From a virus, in the IMG/VR virus record IMGVR_UViG_3300045988_119718, positions 128,001-192,000 of that record: DNA of 64,000 nucleotides. One strand, written 5' to 3'. The stretch's first letter is position 1, and each line of letters starts with the position of its first letter. Position numbers and translations under genes: made by a program. Under the pieces are notes generated by a model that did not search any database, had not been told where the DNA came from, and saw only the letters and a program-made list of their open reading frames with translations. Below are positions 1-10,265 of this stretch, piece after piece.

Positions 1-539
1 ACTTTATTAAAAGTATCCCTAGGCGTATTATTACTATTACCATTATCTGCCTCATCATCATTGGCATCGGATGGTACTACACAAACAACGTCAACTATGA
101 TGATAGCACAACAGTTAGAGATGAAATTAAATCAGCAGAGTCAACAGTTGATACAGTTCAAGGAGAGGTATCAGACTCTCTTGACACAATTCGAGATGCT
201 GGAAGCACAGCTACAAGCATCGCAAACACAAATAGAGAATTACAAGCAGAAGGACACAGAACAGCAGAAGGAATTTCAAAACTTGGTGAATCAATACAAT
301 CAGCTAAAGGAACAGTTGATAGTATGGGAGACAGTATATCAAGAATTGACCAACTCCAATCAGACAAGTCAGAACTTATTGACTCAGCAACAAAGTCAAA
401 TAACGACGCTTCAATCACTGCTGAAAACATCAGAGAAGAGCTTGCAGCAAGCAAATCTGAACTTGATCAACTTACAACTACAGATGAAGAAATTAGAGGA
501 CTCCTTCAACAGCTACGTGAAACATGCAAAGAGAACTGA
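1..539 (+). CDS. 5'-partial CDS, membrane-anchored coiled-coil protein (frame 3, continues from upstream of the window)
   Basis: Frame 3 is open from nt 3 to the TGA at 537-539. It has an N-terminal TM-like 'ITITIICLIIIGIGWYY' followed by amphipathic repeats. Third codon positions are A/T-rich like the rest of the genome, unlike the overlapping frame-1 ORF 61..618 (G-rich third positions, Q-rich low complexity). Confidence 0.45.
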   Translation, partial: FIKSIPRRIITITIICLIIIGIGWYYTNNVNYDDSTTVRDEIKSAESTVDTVQGEVSDSLDTIRDAGSTATSIANTNRELQAEGHRTAEGISKLGESIQSAKGTVDSMGDSISRIDQLQSDKSELIDSATKSNNDASITAENIREELAASKSELDQLTTTDEEIRGLLQQLRETCKEN

Positions 540-614
540 ACGTAGATTAAAAAGACAAAAAGTTACAACTGGTATTGTAGCTGGTTTATTTGGATACGAA
601 GTGGGTAAACATAT

Positions 615-1136
615 ATGAGTACAGAAATTATAAACAAAGCTTTATATAGCTTTCCTGTAAAAAATGATTGTACTATTACCCCTATAGTAAAACCTATACC
701 AACCTTTCAAACTTTAGAATGGCCATTATCTATGCATACTGATATGGATGGTAATAATACATATTTATTTCAAAAAAGCTATGATATAATATTCCCTACT
801 TGGTGCGAATACGTAAAAATAGAGATGCCTATAATAAAAATAAATGGAGTTGATACTCCATTAAGCACTATTAGTATTACATCAGATTCTAATGTAGTAT
901 GGTTTGATAATATAACAGAAACAAATAAATTAGTATCTTATGTTAGAGTAACCAGTTATATCGAAAGACCTGATTCTAATAATGTCAATGTTCAATATTC
1001 GTTGATGATTAGTCCTATATCTATTCTTTCTTCTGATAAATATACTATAAAATTTACTATAGGAAATGATATTAACACATATTGTAGAACTAGTCTTTCT
1101 AGTAAAGATATAATCTCAGATATCAAAAATGCATAA
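615..1136 (+). CDS. hypothetical protein
   Basis: 173-aa ORF with genome-typical codon usage, followed by a hairpin terminator. Confidence 0.5.
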   Translation: MSTEIINKALYSFPVKNDCTITPIVKPIPTFQTLEWPLSMHTDMDGNNTYLFQKSYDIIFPTWCEYVKIEMPIIKINGVDTPLSTISITSDSNVVWFDNITETNKLVSYVRVTSYIERPDSNNVNVQYSLMISPISILSSDKYTIKFTIGNDINTYCRTSLSSKDIISDIKNA

Positions 1137-1141
1137 AATAT

Positions 1142-1170
1142 TAGACTAGCTCTTTAATAGAGCTAGTCTA
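1142..1170. terminator. perfect palindromic hairpin (11-bp stem 'tagactagctc…gagctagtcta') between convergent genes
   Basis: Inverted repeat read directly from the sequence. It sits between the + gene 615..1136 and the - gene 1244..1642. Confidence 0.5.
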
Positions 1171-1243
1171 ATAAGTTGTTGTTAATGTCTTTGATTGAGT
1201 ATATTGCTTCTCTATTTATAGTAGTTTTAAAAATGATTGATTA

Positions 1244-1642
1244 TTAATTCAAAGTAAGGTATTTATAACCTGGATGGAGTTTAGAATTACGCTGTACTAC
1301 TGTAGCTTTGCAAGGGAATACAAGGTTATCACCTTTGTTTTCGATTGCAGAACGAATACCAGAAGAGCCTGTAGAAGTATAGCATTCTTCACCATTTTCA
1401 TCAGTGTATTCAAGAACAAGATATTCTTTATTATCGCCGTAGTTAGACTTTCTATAGTTTACTGCGGTAATAGTAATCGGCTGATCAATAATTTCATCAA
1501 TACGATTTTTCTTCTTATTGTTGTAATTTTTGTTCTGCTGAGCTGGTTCACTACCATCTTTGTTTTTAAAGCTAGAGAAGCTTGGAATAGAAGAAGTTGT
1601 AGTAGTTTCGTTAGAATTATTGAAGTTAAAATTTTCGCTCAT
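1244..1642 (-). CDS. hypothetical protein
   Basis: 132-aa ORF. The overlapping + ORF 1274..1648 is a low-complexity shadow. Confidence 0.5.
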   Translation of the reverse strand: MSENFNFNNSNETTTTSSIPSFSSFKNKDGSEPAQQNKNYNNKKKNRIDEIIDQPITITAVNYRKSNYGDNKEYLVLEYTDENGEECYTSTGSSGIRSAIENKGDNLVFPCKATVVQRNSKLHPGYKYLTLN

Positions 1643-1735
1643 AATTAAGCACCTAGTTACCTTTCATTTTAAGAGATATAAATATTAGTGTATAAAAAGT
1701 ACTATAAATAGATTACATATAAGTTGTACTATAAA

Positions 1736-4573
1736 TCATTTTTTATTTTTATACTCTATCTCATAATGATCGAAATAGTAACCAGCTTTAGGCTTAGTTG
1801 AGATATTAGCTATTCTATTTCTGATAATAGAATACTTAGTATCAGATACTTTATCTACATTAGTTACGTCTATCTTAGCTTCATTAGCTTCAGAATTATC
1901 TATAGTAATATATACAACATCTGGAACAACTTTAGTAGCACCTATAGTAATATCCTCTGTAACTTGAATAGAAGATACTATATCATGCTTAACTCCATCT
2001 TTACCATAATAATACAAGCTACCAGCTATATAACCATCTTTAATAGATTTAACCGATACTCTGCAATATTTATTATAACCAATAGTAAATTTATTAATAC
2101 CTTTGCTATTAGTTCTAGGAATACCTTCAGCAGTAACTGTAATCAATTCATCTATGGTAGCTTCAATGGTAATATTATATCTTATATCAGTAATCTTAGT
2201 AGAATATATTATAGTATCTTCAGTTACATCTGCTTCAGTTATATTCAATACCCCTTTATTAAACCCTTCTGCAATATAAGTTATTTCAGCTCTTATATGA
2301 GGATATCTAGAGTTTACTACAAATGAGGCTGTATGCGATTCTTCTACACCATCCTTTAAATTATAGACAGTAATAATCTGATTTTGTACCTGATTAATAA
2401 TTACATTGTATTCTTTATAAGATGCAGGAGTAGCAGTTAAAGTAGTATTGCTAGTAATAACTGCTTTAGTAACACTAGGTGTACCTGGAGTATATTTATA
2501 CTTTCCATCTATAGCTTCAGTTCTTACTGTAATTAATGAATACTCAGGTACTTCAAAAGATTCAGTATAAGTTTTACCATTACATTCTACTATAATTCTC
2601 TGATTTGTGTATTTAGTTATATTTACTTTATAAATAGGGATATTAGAGTAGTCTATATCTAAAGAACGTTCTTTATGGGTTAGTATTAATCCATTATTTT
2701 CTTTTCTAATAAGTTCGTTTAATTCATTCATTCCATCAGTATCGAATTCAAAATAATGAGCATAGAAGTCATCTACATTATTGTTTGATAATATCATATC
2801 ATTCAAACCTTCATATTTAACATCTACGACTCTATTTATATTTAGATATGAATCTATAAACTTACTTACTATCTTTTCAGCGTTAATATTTACAGTACAA
2901 TTTAAATCCTTAGATATAATTCTTCTTTTATCTACAGTATAAAAGTCATATAAACTTTTATAACCTTTTGGAATTTTACTATCAAACTTAGATTCTCCAA
3001 AATTAAATGTGCCTGTTACTTTATTATTAAATACACCTTCATCGTGTATAAAGAAATATGGATATTGTATTTTACCATTATCATCTTTATTAAAATCAGA
3101 GAAGTCTATATTCTCTTTGGTGTACTTTAAATTTAGAGAAGCTAGTTTAATACCTTCTATATAAATATCCATAAGATTATTACCTAAATCTAAAGCTACT
3201 CCTATAGTATTCCCTTGTTCTGGAGATATAGAAGTTTCTACATTCTCTAGATAATGTAAATCGTTCTTATCAGAATTTTGCGTAGAATGTCTTACTAAAT
3301 GAAATAAATAAAATCCACCAGAATTATCCAATCCATTAGGAATAAAACAATTACCTCTATATAGATTTACTCTAATAGATTCAGTCATTATAGTATTAGG
3401 ATTAGTAACTTTTTCTTGACTAGGTTCACCTACTAAAGGAACACTAGTTATACCCATAGCAATAGGTATACCTACTATTCTATCCTTTAATTCCCCTTCT
3501 TTAACTGTATATTCAAAGTATACTTTATCTGTAGTAGGTATAGGATAATTTATATATACATTACCACCTACTTTATAAGAGTTCGTAATACCATACTTAT
3601 TATCTTCACCTGTTTCAAAATCATAATCAGCTTTGATATAAGTATTAGCATTCATATTATATTTATTACTTTTAGTAGTAATAAATTCTGGATCATCTGT
3701 TACTAAAGTTAAATTATCTGTATCTGGTTCTAATTCATTTTCTACAGATAATTCTCCATCCCATTGGATACTATAGGGGTTAAATATATCACCACTTATA
3801 TAAACATAGCATGGATTATCATCTGACCCTAATTCTGCATGTATTTCTTGGTCAGCCATACGTTCATAATATGCTTTATATAATGAATCATATCCTGGTA
3901 CTGGATGGGTTAATCCATTCTTACCAAAATTTACATATCCTGAAATATGTTTTAAATCATCCATAGAAGCTATTCTAAAATTATAATCTTCTTCTATATA
4001 TTTATAATTTATATTACTATATATACAAAAATACATATTAGGTTGTTCAGCTAAGTTAAATGGAGGTGTATATGAATAAAATGGTTTATCATATTCTCCA
4101 TCATAAGGATACTCATTGTTATAGTTTACAAACAGTTTAATTTTATTAGTATGATAATCTACTGCTACTCCTATAGTGTCTCCGATACCAGGTTTTCTTG
4201 TTCCTATAACACTATTACCATCAGCATCTATGCTGCTACCATCTATATACAGTACATTATCTGGTATTTCATTAGACAGTATTTCATATCTAGGGTCAGT
4301 TACATCATAGAATAAAGATGATATAGCATAATCTGCTATTAATACACCCAATGAAGGCTCTCTACTAATTCCTACATATAACGGAATGTGTTGTATTTTA
4401 TTTATAGGGTAATAATCAGTTATATTTATTTCAAACATTGTTTTATTTTTAATAGGGAGATTAGCTATTAAAAAGAATGGTTTATCATAATCAAAGTGTA
4501 ACCCATCACTAGATAAAACATTATCTAATGGAGAGCTATTTAAATCATATGACTTCATTAATATATTATTCAT
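1736..4573 (-). CDS. large virion/tail-associated structural protein with C-terminal Ig-like repeat(s) of the window-wide '…GYxAGSL…' family
   Basis: 945-aa ORF. The C-terminus carries 'KSIKDGYIAGSLYYYG' and 'KPKAGYYFDHYEI', resembling the repeat found in 11338..12444, 13686..14708, 35505..38612 and 38665..45945. Confidence 0.55.
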   Translation of the reverse strand: MNNILMKSYDLNSSPLDNVLSSDGLHFDYDKPFFLIANLPIKNKTMFEINITDYYPINKIQHIPLYVGISREPSLGVLIADYAISSLFYDVTDPRYEILSNEIPDNVLYIDGSSIDADGNSVIGTRKPGIGDTIGVAVDYHTNKIKLFVNYNNEYPYDGEYDKPFYSYTPPFNLAEQPNMYFCIYSNINYKYIEEDYNFRIASMDDLKHISGYVNFGKNGLTHPVPGYDSLYKAYYERMADQEIHAELGSDDNPCYVYISGDIFNPYSIQWDGELSVENELEPDTDNLTLVTDDPEFITTKSNKYNMNANTYIKADYDFETGEDNKYGITNSYKVGGNVYINYPIPTTDKVYFEYTVKEGELKDRIVGIPIAMGITSVPLVGEPSQEKVTNPNTIMTESIRVNLYRGNCFIPNGLDNSGGFYLFHLVRHSTQNSDKNDLHYLENVETSISPEQGNTIGVALDLGNNLMDIYIEGIKLASLNLKYTKENIDFSDFNKDDNGKIQYPYFFIHDEGVFNNKVTGTFNFGESKFDSKIPKGYKSLYDFYTVDKRRIISKDLNCTVNINAEKIVSKFIDSYLNINRVVDVKYEGLNDMILSNNNVDDFYAHYFEFDTDGMNELNELIRKENNGLILTHKERSLDIDYSNIPIYKVNITKYTNQRIIVECNGKTYTESFEVPEYSLITVRTEAIDGKYKYTPGTPSVTKAVITSNTTLTATPASYKEYNVIINQVQNQIITVYNLKDGVEESHTASFVVNSRYPHIRAEITYIAEGFNKGVLNITEADVTEDTIIYSTKITDIRYNITIEATIDELITVTAEGIPRTNSKGINKFTIGYNKYCRVSVKSIKDGYIAGSLYYYGKDGVKHDIVSSIQVTEDITIGATKVVPDVVYITIDNSEANEAKIDVTNVDKVSDTKYSIIRNRIANISTKPKAGYYFDHYEIEYKNKK

Positions 4574-4651
4574 TCGATACCCTCCTTTTTAAGATAATGT
4601 TAAAATACGCAATATAACCATGTATGGTTATCCATACATGGTTAATGCACA

Positions 4652-5812
4652 TCATAAAGCTAAATTCTGATTACCTGATAAGAATCTTTTAGAATAGTAA
4701 TCTAAATTAAATTCTCTAGTATCTTTATCTAAATATTCTCTACTAATATACTTATCAAAACATTCTTTTTCAATATCATAGATGACTTTTCTAGATATAC
4801 ATTTATTGTATGAGTTAAATATGTATCTAGTTTCTAATGGGCATTCTGTGCAATATGAAACATGATTACACTGAATACATCTATCAATGTTTTCATTTAA
4901 AAGATTAGTATATAGATTAGTAAAATTAGACATTGATTTAGAATCAAACCCAGTAGAAATATTTCCTAGTACTAAATCATTATTATTATCTAATAATCCA
5001 TCTATTTCTTTTAAAAGTAAACATGGATAAATATCCCCATTAGGCACTACCATAAACATCTTTCCGATATATCTGCATTTATGGTCATAAATAAAATCAG
5101 GGTTTATAAATTTATTATAAATCATATATGTAAGATTATCCAAATCAAAATCATACTGATTATACAGCATATATATTTTATGCAGCTGATGTATAAAGAT
5201 AGTTTTAAACTCTTCAGTATTATAATATTTAGAGTATTCATCATTAAAAATAAAATAGTAAGATAACTTCTTACACCCTTGTTCTAGTGCATATTGAATA
5301 GAGTCAGCTAAATAACAAATATTGTCTTTAGTAACTGCTATAGCTATCATAACTTCATTATTATACTTAGAACAGCCTACTTTATCAACAATAGTAGACA
5401 ACTGTTTATCAGTAAGATGAGTTTGGGCTATTTCAGAAGCATGAATACCATCCCATGATATTTTAACTGATTCAGGAGAAATTATCTTTATTAAATCATT
5501 CATAATAAAGTTGTGATTAGTACCATTAGATACTATACCAATCTTAACTGTTGTATCTTTATATCGCTCAATCTTTTTTAACTCTTTGCATAGATTATAA
5601 AGCTCATTAGGATATATAGTTATCTCTCCCCCTAATAAGTTTATATATAACTTAGGGCCGATATTTAAGGTCTTTAAAAACTCTACCAGCTCTTTGCCTT
5701 TATTGAATACATTGTGCCTAGACCTAGAGTTATTAGTCTCAAAGCAATATTTACAATTCAAATTACAATAGTCATTAAATTTTATCCCTAAGAAATCAAT
5801 TTGCTCATACAT
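4652..5812 (-). CDS. radical SAM enzyme with C-terminal SPASM-type auxiliary Cys cluster (peptide-modifying maturase-like)
   Basis: N-terminal 'CNLNCKYC' (CxxxCxxC) and C-terminal 'CIQCNHVSYCTECP'. Overlaps the upstream gene by 8 nt. Confidence 0.8.
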   Translation of the reverse strand: MYEQIDFLGIKFNDYCNLNCKYCFETNNSRSRHNVFNKGKELVEFLKTLNIGPKLYINLLGGEITIYPNELYNLCKELKKIERYKDTTVKIGIVSNGTNHNFIMNDLIKIISPESVKISWDGIHASEIAQTHLTDKQLSTIVDKVGCSKYNNEVMIAIAVTKDNICYLADSIQYALEQGCKKLSYYFIFNDEYSKYYNTEEFKTIFIHQLHKIYMLYNQYDFDLDNLTYMIYNKFINPDFIYDHKCRYIGKMFMVVPNGDIYPCLLLKEIDGLLDNNNDLVLGNISTGFDSKSMSNFTNLYTNLLNENIDRCIQCNHVSYCTECPLETRYIFNSYNKCISRKVIYDIEKECFDKYISREYLDKDTREFNLDYYSKRFLSGNQNLAL

Positions 5813-6992
5813 TTTTCATACCTAATAGCTTAATAAAATTGCTTACTAATTCGGCTTCTTCATCATTTTTCTGTATTGCTTCTATATTATTAATTCTATT
5901 AAAAGTATAATTATCCATCTTAGTAGTGGAGATATCAGTAGATAATGCAAACTTCAAATCTTCTGGTGAAGTATTAATAATCTTACCATTTAAAATTTTT
6001 TCATTATTAATTGCAATAGTAGCATATTTTCTTAACAATACTGCATACTTAATAACTTTAGATCTATCATAATAAGATAATCCTCTAAGAAGAGTCGGCA
6101 TATTGGTAAGACCATCATTGAACAAGTCGATGATCTTGTTCAATAATTTTTTACAAGTTGTAATTCTTTCTGCTCTATTTGTATTACTGATAGAAAATAA
6201 TAAGTACATCAGCATAGTATCACAGAATCTGAGATAACCATAGTTATACTTCTTATATTGATAATCTCCTATTTCACTATATAAGAAATTATCAAGCTTA
6301 TTATACAAATCCTGAAGATCTATTTTAATTCTATTATCTTCTAAAAGTTGATTGATATTATGAATATAGAAGCATACCCAATCACAGAATTGGGAGTTAA
6401 TATTATCTTTATCACTAGAATACTCTAAAGTCTTATTATAATACTTTTTAATAGTATTCATGCATTTGGATGTAATATCTTCTTCTGACATAGAATTTGT
6501 AATAAAGTCTTTAGAGATACTGTCTATAAGAATCTTGTAAGCAATATAGTTATAATAAATAAATTTACTATAGTTTTTAGATTCATGAGATTCAAAATAT
6601 TTAATAAAGGTTTTCATATAAGAGAAATAAACATCTTTTTTATTAGAATCATTAAAATCTATAAATGCAATTAATAATGCTAAATAGTTTTCATCATCTA
6701 ATGCTTTAGTATTATGAATATATTCTTCTCCAATAAAATCTTTACTAATTATTTCAAATTCTTGAAGTAAAATTGGTTCATTTTTTAATGATTCTTCAAT
6801 AGAAGATTTAATATCAGAGTATACTTTCTTATTATCTTCATTTTCTATAAACAAAGAAGAATATTTAATATATTCTTCAAATGTAGTAAAAGAATTATAT
6901 TTATCAGATAGAGCGTTAAGTTTATCTATTACATCAGATACTTTATTCTCTAATATATAATTATAAATTCTTTCTGGTAAAAAATATATCAT
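5805..6992 (-). CDS. hypothetical alpha-helical protein inside the rSAM operon (candidate leader-binding, scaffold or peptidase partner)
   Basis: 395-aa ORF with RBS 'tggaggt'. Tightly packed between two rSAM genes. No motif recognised. Confidence 0.55.
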   Translation of the reverse strand: MIYFLPERIYNYILENKVSDVIDKLNALSDKYNSFTTFEEYIKYSSLFIENEDNKKVYSDIKSSIEESLKNEPILLQEFEIISKDFIGEEYIHNTKALDDENYLALLIAFIDFNDSNKKDVYFSYMKTFIKYFESHESKNYSKFIYYNYIAYKILIDSISKDFITNSMSEEDITSKCMNTIKKYYNKTLEYSSDKDNINSQFCDWVCFYIHNINQLLEDNRIKIDLQDLYNKLDNFLYSEIGDYQYKKYNYGYLRFCDTMLMYLLFSISNTNRAERITTCKKLLNKIIDLFNDGLTNMPTLLRGLSYYDRSKVIKYAVLLRKYATIAINNEKILNGKIINTSPEDLKFALSTDISTTKMDNYTFNRINNIEAIQKNDEEAELVSNFIKLLGMKNV

Positions 6993-6993
6993 A

Positions 6994-8028
6994 TTAAACC
7001 TCCATATCTACATTATTAACCTTATATAACCAATTCTTATATCGCATAATTATTTTATAAAGTTCTGCTAATTCTTCATGATTAAGACTTGCTAAATATT
7101 TAGTAATAAGATTATCATAAACTTTCATAAGTTTACATGTTTCTGGTAAATAATTATCTAACCATTTATCACCAAACTTTAGCATTCTTTCATATCTACA
7201 TCCACCATCGCAAAGGTAAAAATATTTACAATTTTCTATCTGACAATCTTTACTGGTACAACGCTTCTGTATTTTATCAAAGTCTTCATATTTCTGTTCA
7301 GTAAATGCGATAGAAGTGCATGATGACATAGTTTTATCTGTAAGATAAGACTGTTCTTTACCTGCTGCGCATGACTGCATTGGTGCTCTATTAATATATG
7401 CCATTATCTTATTAAGATTTTCTGTATATGGATGCTCTAATGTACCTTCAAAAGTACAATAAAGATTCTCTTCTAAATCTTTAAACCATTGATCGTCATG
7501 GTCTTCACCTCTAGCAATACAGTATTGACCATTAATATGAAACTCTTTATCTAATCTATGGAATAACTTATTAAGTCTAGGTATATCTTTTACATTAGCA
7601 TTATTAATTACAGTCTTAATATCAAAGTGGTCTAGTCCTTCAGATATAGCATAATTAATATTATTCAATACTCTATCGGCAATACTTCTACCAGAAGTAT
7701 CTACTCTAGAATCTTTAAATCCATCCCAAGAAATTTGTAATTCTATATGCCATTTCTTTTGGAACTTAATAAACTCTTTCCAATTAGCCATACTAGAAGT
7801 TATAACTTGAAAGTTCATTTGATCGTGATACTTTTCTAAGGTGTATTCCATTAAGTCTAATCTCATTAATGGTTCTCCACCAAAGAATACCACTCTATTT
7901 GGTTTATTTTGCTCTATACACTCATCTATATCTTTTTCTGTAAGACAATCATTATTATACTTGATATAACAATAATGGCATCTATTAGGACATTGATTGG
8001 TTAAAAATAAATATATTTCTTTATACAT
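6994..8028 (-). CDS. radical SAM/SPASM enzyme (likely true start MYKEIYLF…)
   Basis: 'CPNRCHYC' near the N-terminus and a SPASM-like 'CKYFYLCDGGCRYE' near the C-terminus. Its start overlaps the stop of the upstream precursor gene as TAATG. Confidence 0.8.
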   Translation of the reverse strand: MYKEIYLFLTNQCPNRCHYCYIKYNNDCLTEKDIDECIEQNKPNRVVFFGGEPLMRLDLMEYTLEKYHDQMNFQVITSSMANWKEFIKFQKKWHIELQISWDGFKDSRVDTSGRSIADRVLNNINYAISEGLDHFDIKTVINNANVKDIPRLNKLFHRLDKEFHINGQYCIARGEDHDDQWFKDLEENLYCTFEGTLEHPYTENLNKIMAYINRAPMQSCAAGKEQSYLTDKTMSSCTSIAFTEQKYEDFDKIQKRCTSKDCQIENCKYFYLCDGGCRYERMLKFGDKWLDNYLPETCKLMKVYDNLITKYLASLNHEELAELYKIIMRYKNWLYKVNNVDMEV

Positions 8029-8501
8029 TAGAATCCACCACCACATTTCTTATCATGACATGTACCACCATGGCATGATTGGCAAGATATTTGGCAAGTA
8101 GACTGACAAGATGCTTGACATACAAGTTTGCATGGGCCTGCCCAATAATCATCAGACTTAGAATTCATTTGCTGTAGTAAAAGTTTTGCTATATTATAAA
8201 TAATACCTATATCATTAGCTGTAATTATTTTTTGTTTTTGAACTTTATTGTTGATATCTTTTAATTGATTATAGTTTGCTGAAGTAGTTCTAGAAAGCTG
8301 TGTAATAGTTTTACTATAACCATTACCACCTTTTCTACTTATTTCGTTATCAGTAACAGCATTAATAGAATCTAATTCTGTAATATTTGTAAGCAAACAA
8401 TTTATCGTATTATTAAAGAAATCATTTGTAATGAAATGATCTTTAGCAGGAGAATCTGGTAAATAATATTTTACAGATTGTCTAATTACTTCTGTAGCCA
8501 T
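8028..8501 (-). CDS. Cys-rich precursor-like peptide B: ~127-aa leader plus 30-aa core LVCQASCQSTCQISCQSCHGGTCHDKKCGGGF
   Basis: Start MATEVIRQ… overlaps the stop of precursor A (TAATG). The C-terminal 30 aa are identical to precursor A and contain 8 Cys at 3-4 residue spacing. Confidence 0.6.
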   Translation of the reverse strand: MATEVIRQSVKYYLPDSPAKDHFITNDFFNNTINCLLTNITELDSINAVTDNEISRKGGNGYSKTITQLSRTTSANYNQLKDINNKVQKQKIITANDIGIIYNIAKLLLQQMNSKSDDYWAGPCKLVCQASCQSTCQISCQSCHGGTCHDKKCGGGF

Positions 8502-8911
8502 TAGAAACCACCCCCACATTTCTTATCATGACATGTACCACCATGGCATGATTGGCAAGATATTTGGCAAGTAGACTGACAAGATGCTTGACAGACTAAT
8601 CCACATGTACCATTGTTATTCCAATATTTCCAAGAATGTTCTTGCAATACATTGGAAATAGATTTACATAAATTATATATAGCTTTAGCATCATCTGCTT
8701 TAATAACATCACCTTGACTGATTAAGCTAATAATAGAATGAACAGTTTTAGGAACACCAATTCTAGAATATTCTATAATCTGTTTCTTTCTATATTCGTC
8801 TTTCTCTAATTCATCTATATTAGATAACATAGTCTCAATCATGTTATCATAAATAGTCTTACTAGAATTGACTAAATTATAGTGTATACCATTATTTACT
8901 ATCTTTTCCAT
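8501..8911 (-). CDS. Cys-rich precursor-like peptide A: ~106-aa leader plus the identical 30-aa core
   Basis: 136-aa ORF ending …NGTCGLVCQASCQSTCQISCQSCHGGTCHDKKCGGGF. Immediately downstream of an rSAM/SPASM gene, which it overlaps. Confidence 0.6.
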   Translation of the reverse strand: MEKIVNNGIHYNLVNSSKTIYDNMIETMLSNIDELEKDEYRKKQIIEYSRIGVPKTVHSIISLISQGDVIKADDAKAIYNLCKSISNVLQEHSWKYWNNNGTCGLVCQASCQSTCQISCQSCHGGTCHDKKCGGGF

Positions 8912-10265
8912 TATCTTCTACACCACCTTTATTATTCAATGAATATAAAATCATAGTCATAAGAATTTCAGATTTCTTTCTAAAGTATTCTTCAAATGTA
9001 GGGAATACATTATCAGAACCCAAATTATTAATCATTTCTTTAAGATGAATCAATCTAAGCTTTAATGCAAAAGTATTAGATAAATCCGCAGTATCCATAA
9101 TCATATCGATATACTTCTTAATCTCTAAATTAGTCTTAAGAATATTTAAGTATCTACTTCTAATATTAGTAGCATTAAGAATCTCAGCTTGCTTAATAAT
9201 AATTACATCGGTCATAATCTTATGAAGATCACAATAAGATTGTAAGACTTTATTCTCATCACCATTTTCTCTAAGGTTTTCTTCAGGGCAACCATTCTTA
9301 CAATTTCCTTTAGCTTTACAAGTTTCACATTCTTCTTTTTGATATACTGCTTGTTTTTCTTTTCTATCAGTATGGACTTTGGTTTCATCTACGTCAGTAT
9401 AGATATTACCAATCTTCTGTACTAATTTAATTTCATCCTTAGAAGTTGGTAATTGATGGCATGGATAGATATCCCCATTATAATCAATAGTACACCATTT
9501 ATTCAATCCAATAGGGCAAAGTAAATCATCAGATACTTCTGGTTCCATAACCTGTCTCATAAAGTCATCTATATTCTTAATAGCTATATTTCTCTTAGAA
9601 CCTTCTTCATTAAGTTTATCGACATACATATCCACTAATTCAATATAGTTTTCTTTATAGTCATTCAGTTGTTCTTCTGTCCACTCTACATCAGTTACTG
9701 GCATAGGACAAATAGAATCTATTCCTAAAGTATTTACTAAGTAATCTACACCATCATACATATACTTTGCATCTTCTGGTAAGATAGTCATTCTAGCTTC
9801 AATAAATACTTTCAATCCATTAGTAATAAGAATCTTTAAGTTCTTTACTACTTGATTCCATGAATTAGAACGGTTCTTATCATGAACATGTTTAATACCA
9901 TCAATAGATACTAATAAACCAATATTATTATCATCTACGTATTGAATGAAGTCTTTTGGCAAGAATGATAAGTTAGTAGTCATACCATAATCTACTAATC
10001 TATGATGCTTATTATTATCATCTATAACTGCTTTAATACATTCCCAATTCAATAATGGCTCTCCACCAAAGAAATTGACTTGGAACCTTCTATTAAAACC
10101 AGATAAATCATTATATGCCAGTCTCATAGCATCTACTGCTACTTCTGGCTTCATATATTTTTTATTTTTATCTTTTTCAAAACAATAGATACATTTAAAA
10201 TTACAATCATTAGTAATATCCAATGTGATAGAATCACAATCATAGACTTCTCTAAATGGTTTCAT
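8892..10265 (-). CDS. radical SAM/SPASM enzyme (probable start at the internal ATG MKPFREV…, strong RBS GGAGGA)
   Basis: 'CNFKCIYC' and a SPASM-like 'CETCKAKGNCKNGCPEE'. The track ORF extends to 10322, but the RBS 'ggaggaataatt-ATG' supports a start near 10265. Confidence 0.8.
   Translation of the reverse strand: MKPFREVYDCDSITLDITNDCNFKCIYCFEKDKNKKYMKPEVAVDAMRLAYNDLSGFNRRFQVNFFGGEPLLNWECIKAVIDDNNKHHRLVDYGMTTNLSFLPKDFIQYVDDNNIGLLVSIDGIKHVHDKNRSNSWNQVVKNLKILITNGLKVFIEARMTILPEDAKYMYDGVDYLVNTLGIDSICPMPVTDVEWTEEQLNDYKENYIELVDMYVDKLNEEGSKRNIAIKNIDDFMRQVMEPEVSDDLLCPIGLNKWCTIDYNGDIYPCHQLPTSKDEIKLVQKIGNIYTDVDETKVHTDRKEKQAVYQKEECETCKAKGNCKNGCPEENLRENGDENKVLQSYCDLHKIMTDVIIIKQAEILNATNIRSRYLNILKTNLEIKKYIDMIMDTADLSNTFALKLRLIHLKEMINNLGSDNVFPTFEEYFRKKSEILMTMILYSLNNKGGVEDNGKDSK

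Noticed and set aside
61-618. 185-aa Gln-rich ORF in frame 1 with an ATGA stop/start overlap to the next gene
   Set aside because: Its third codon positions are G-rich and the protein is low-complexity. The overlapping frame-3 reading (open from the window edge to 539) has genome-typical A/T-ending codons and a sensible TM plus amphipathic architecture. I treat frame 1 as a shadow ORF, although the ATGA overlap keeps some doubt.
1274-1648. 124-aa + strand ORF overlapping 1244..1642
   Set aside because: Low-complexity Ile/Phe-rich translation antisense to a better ORF. A typical AT-rich shadow ORF.
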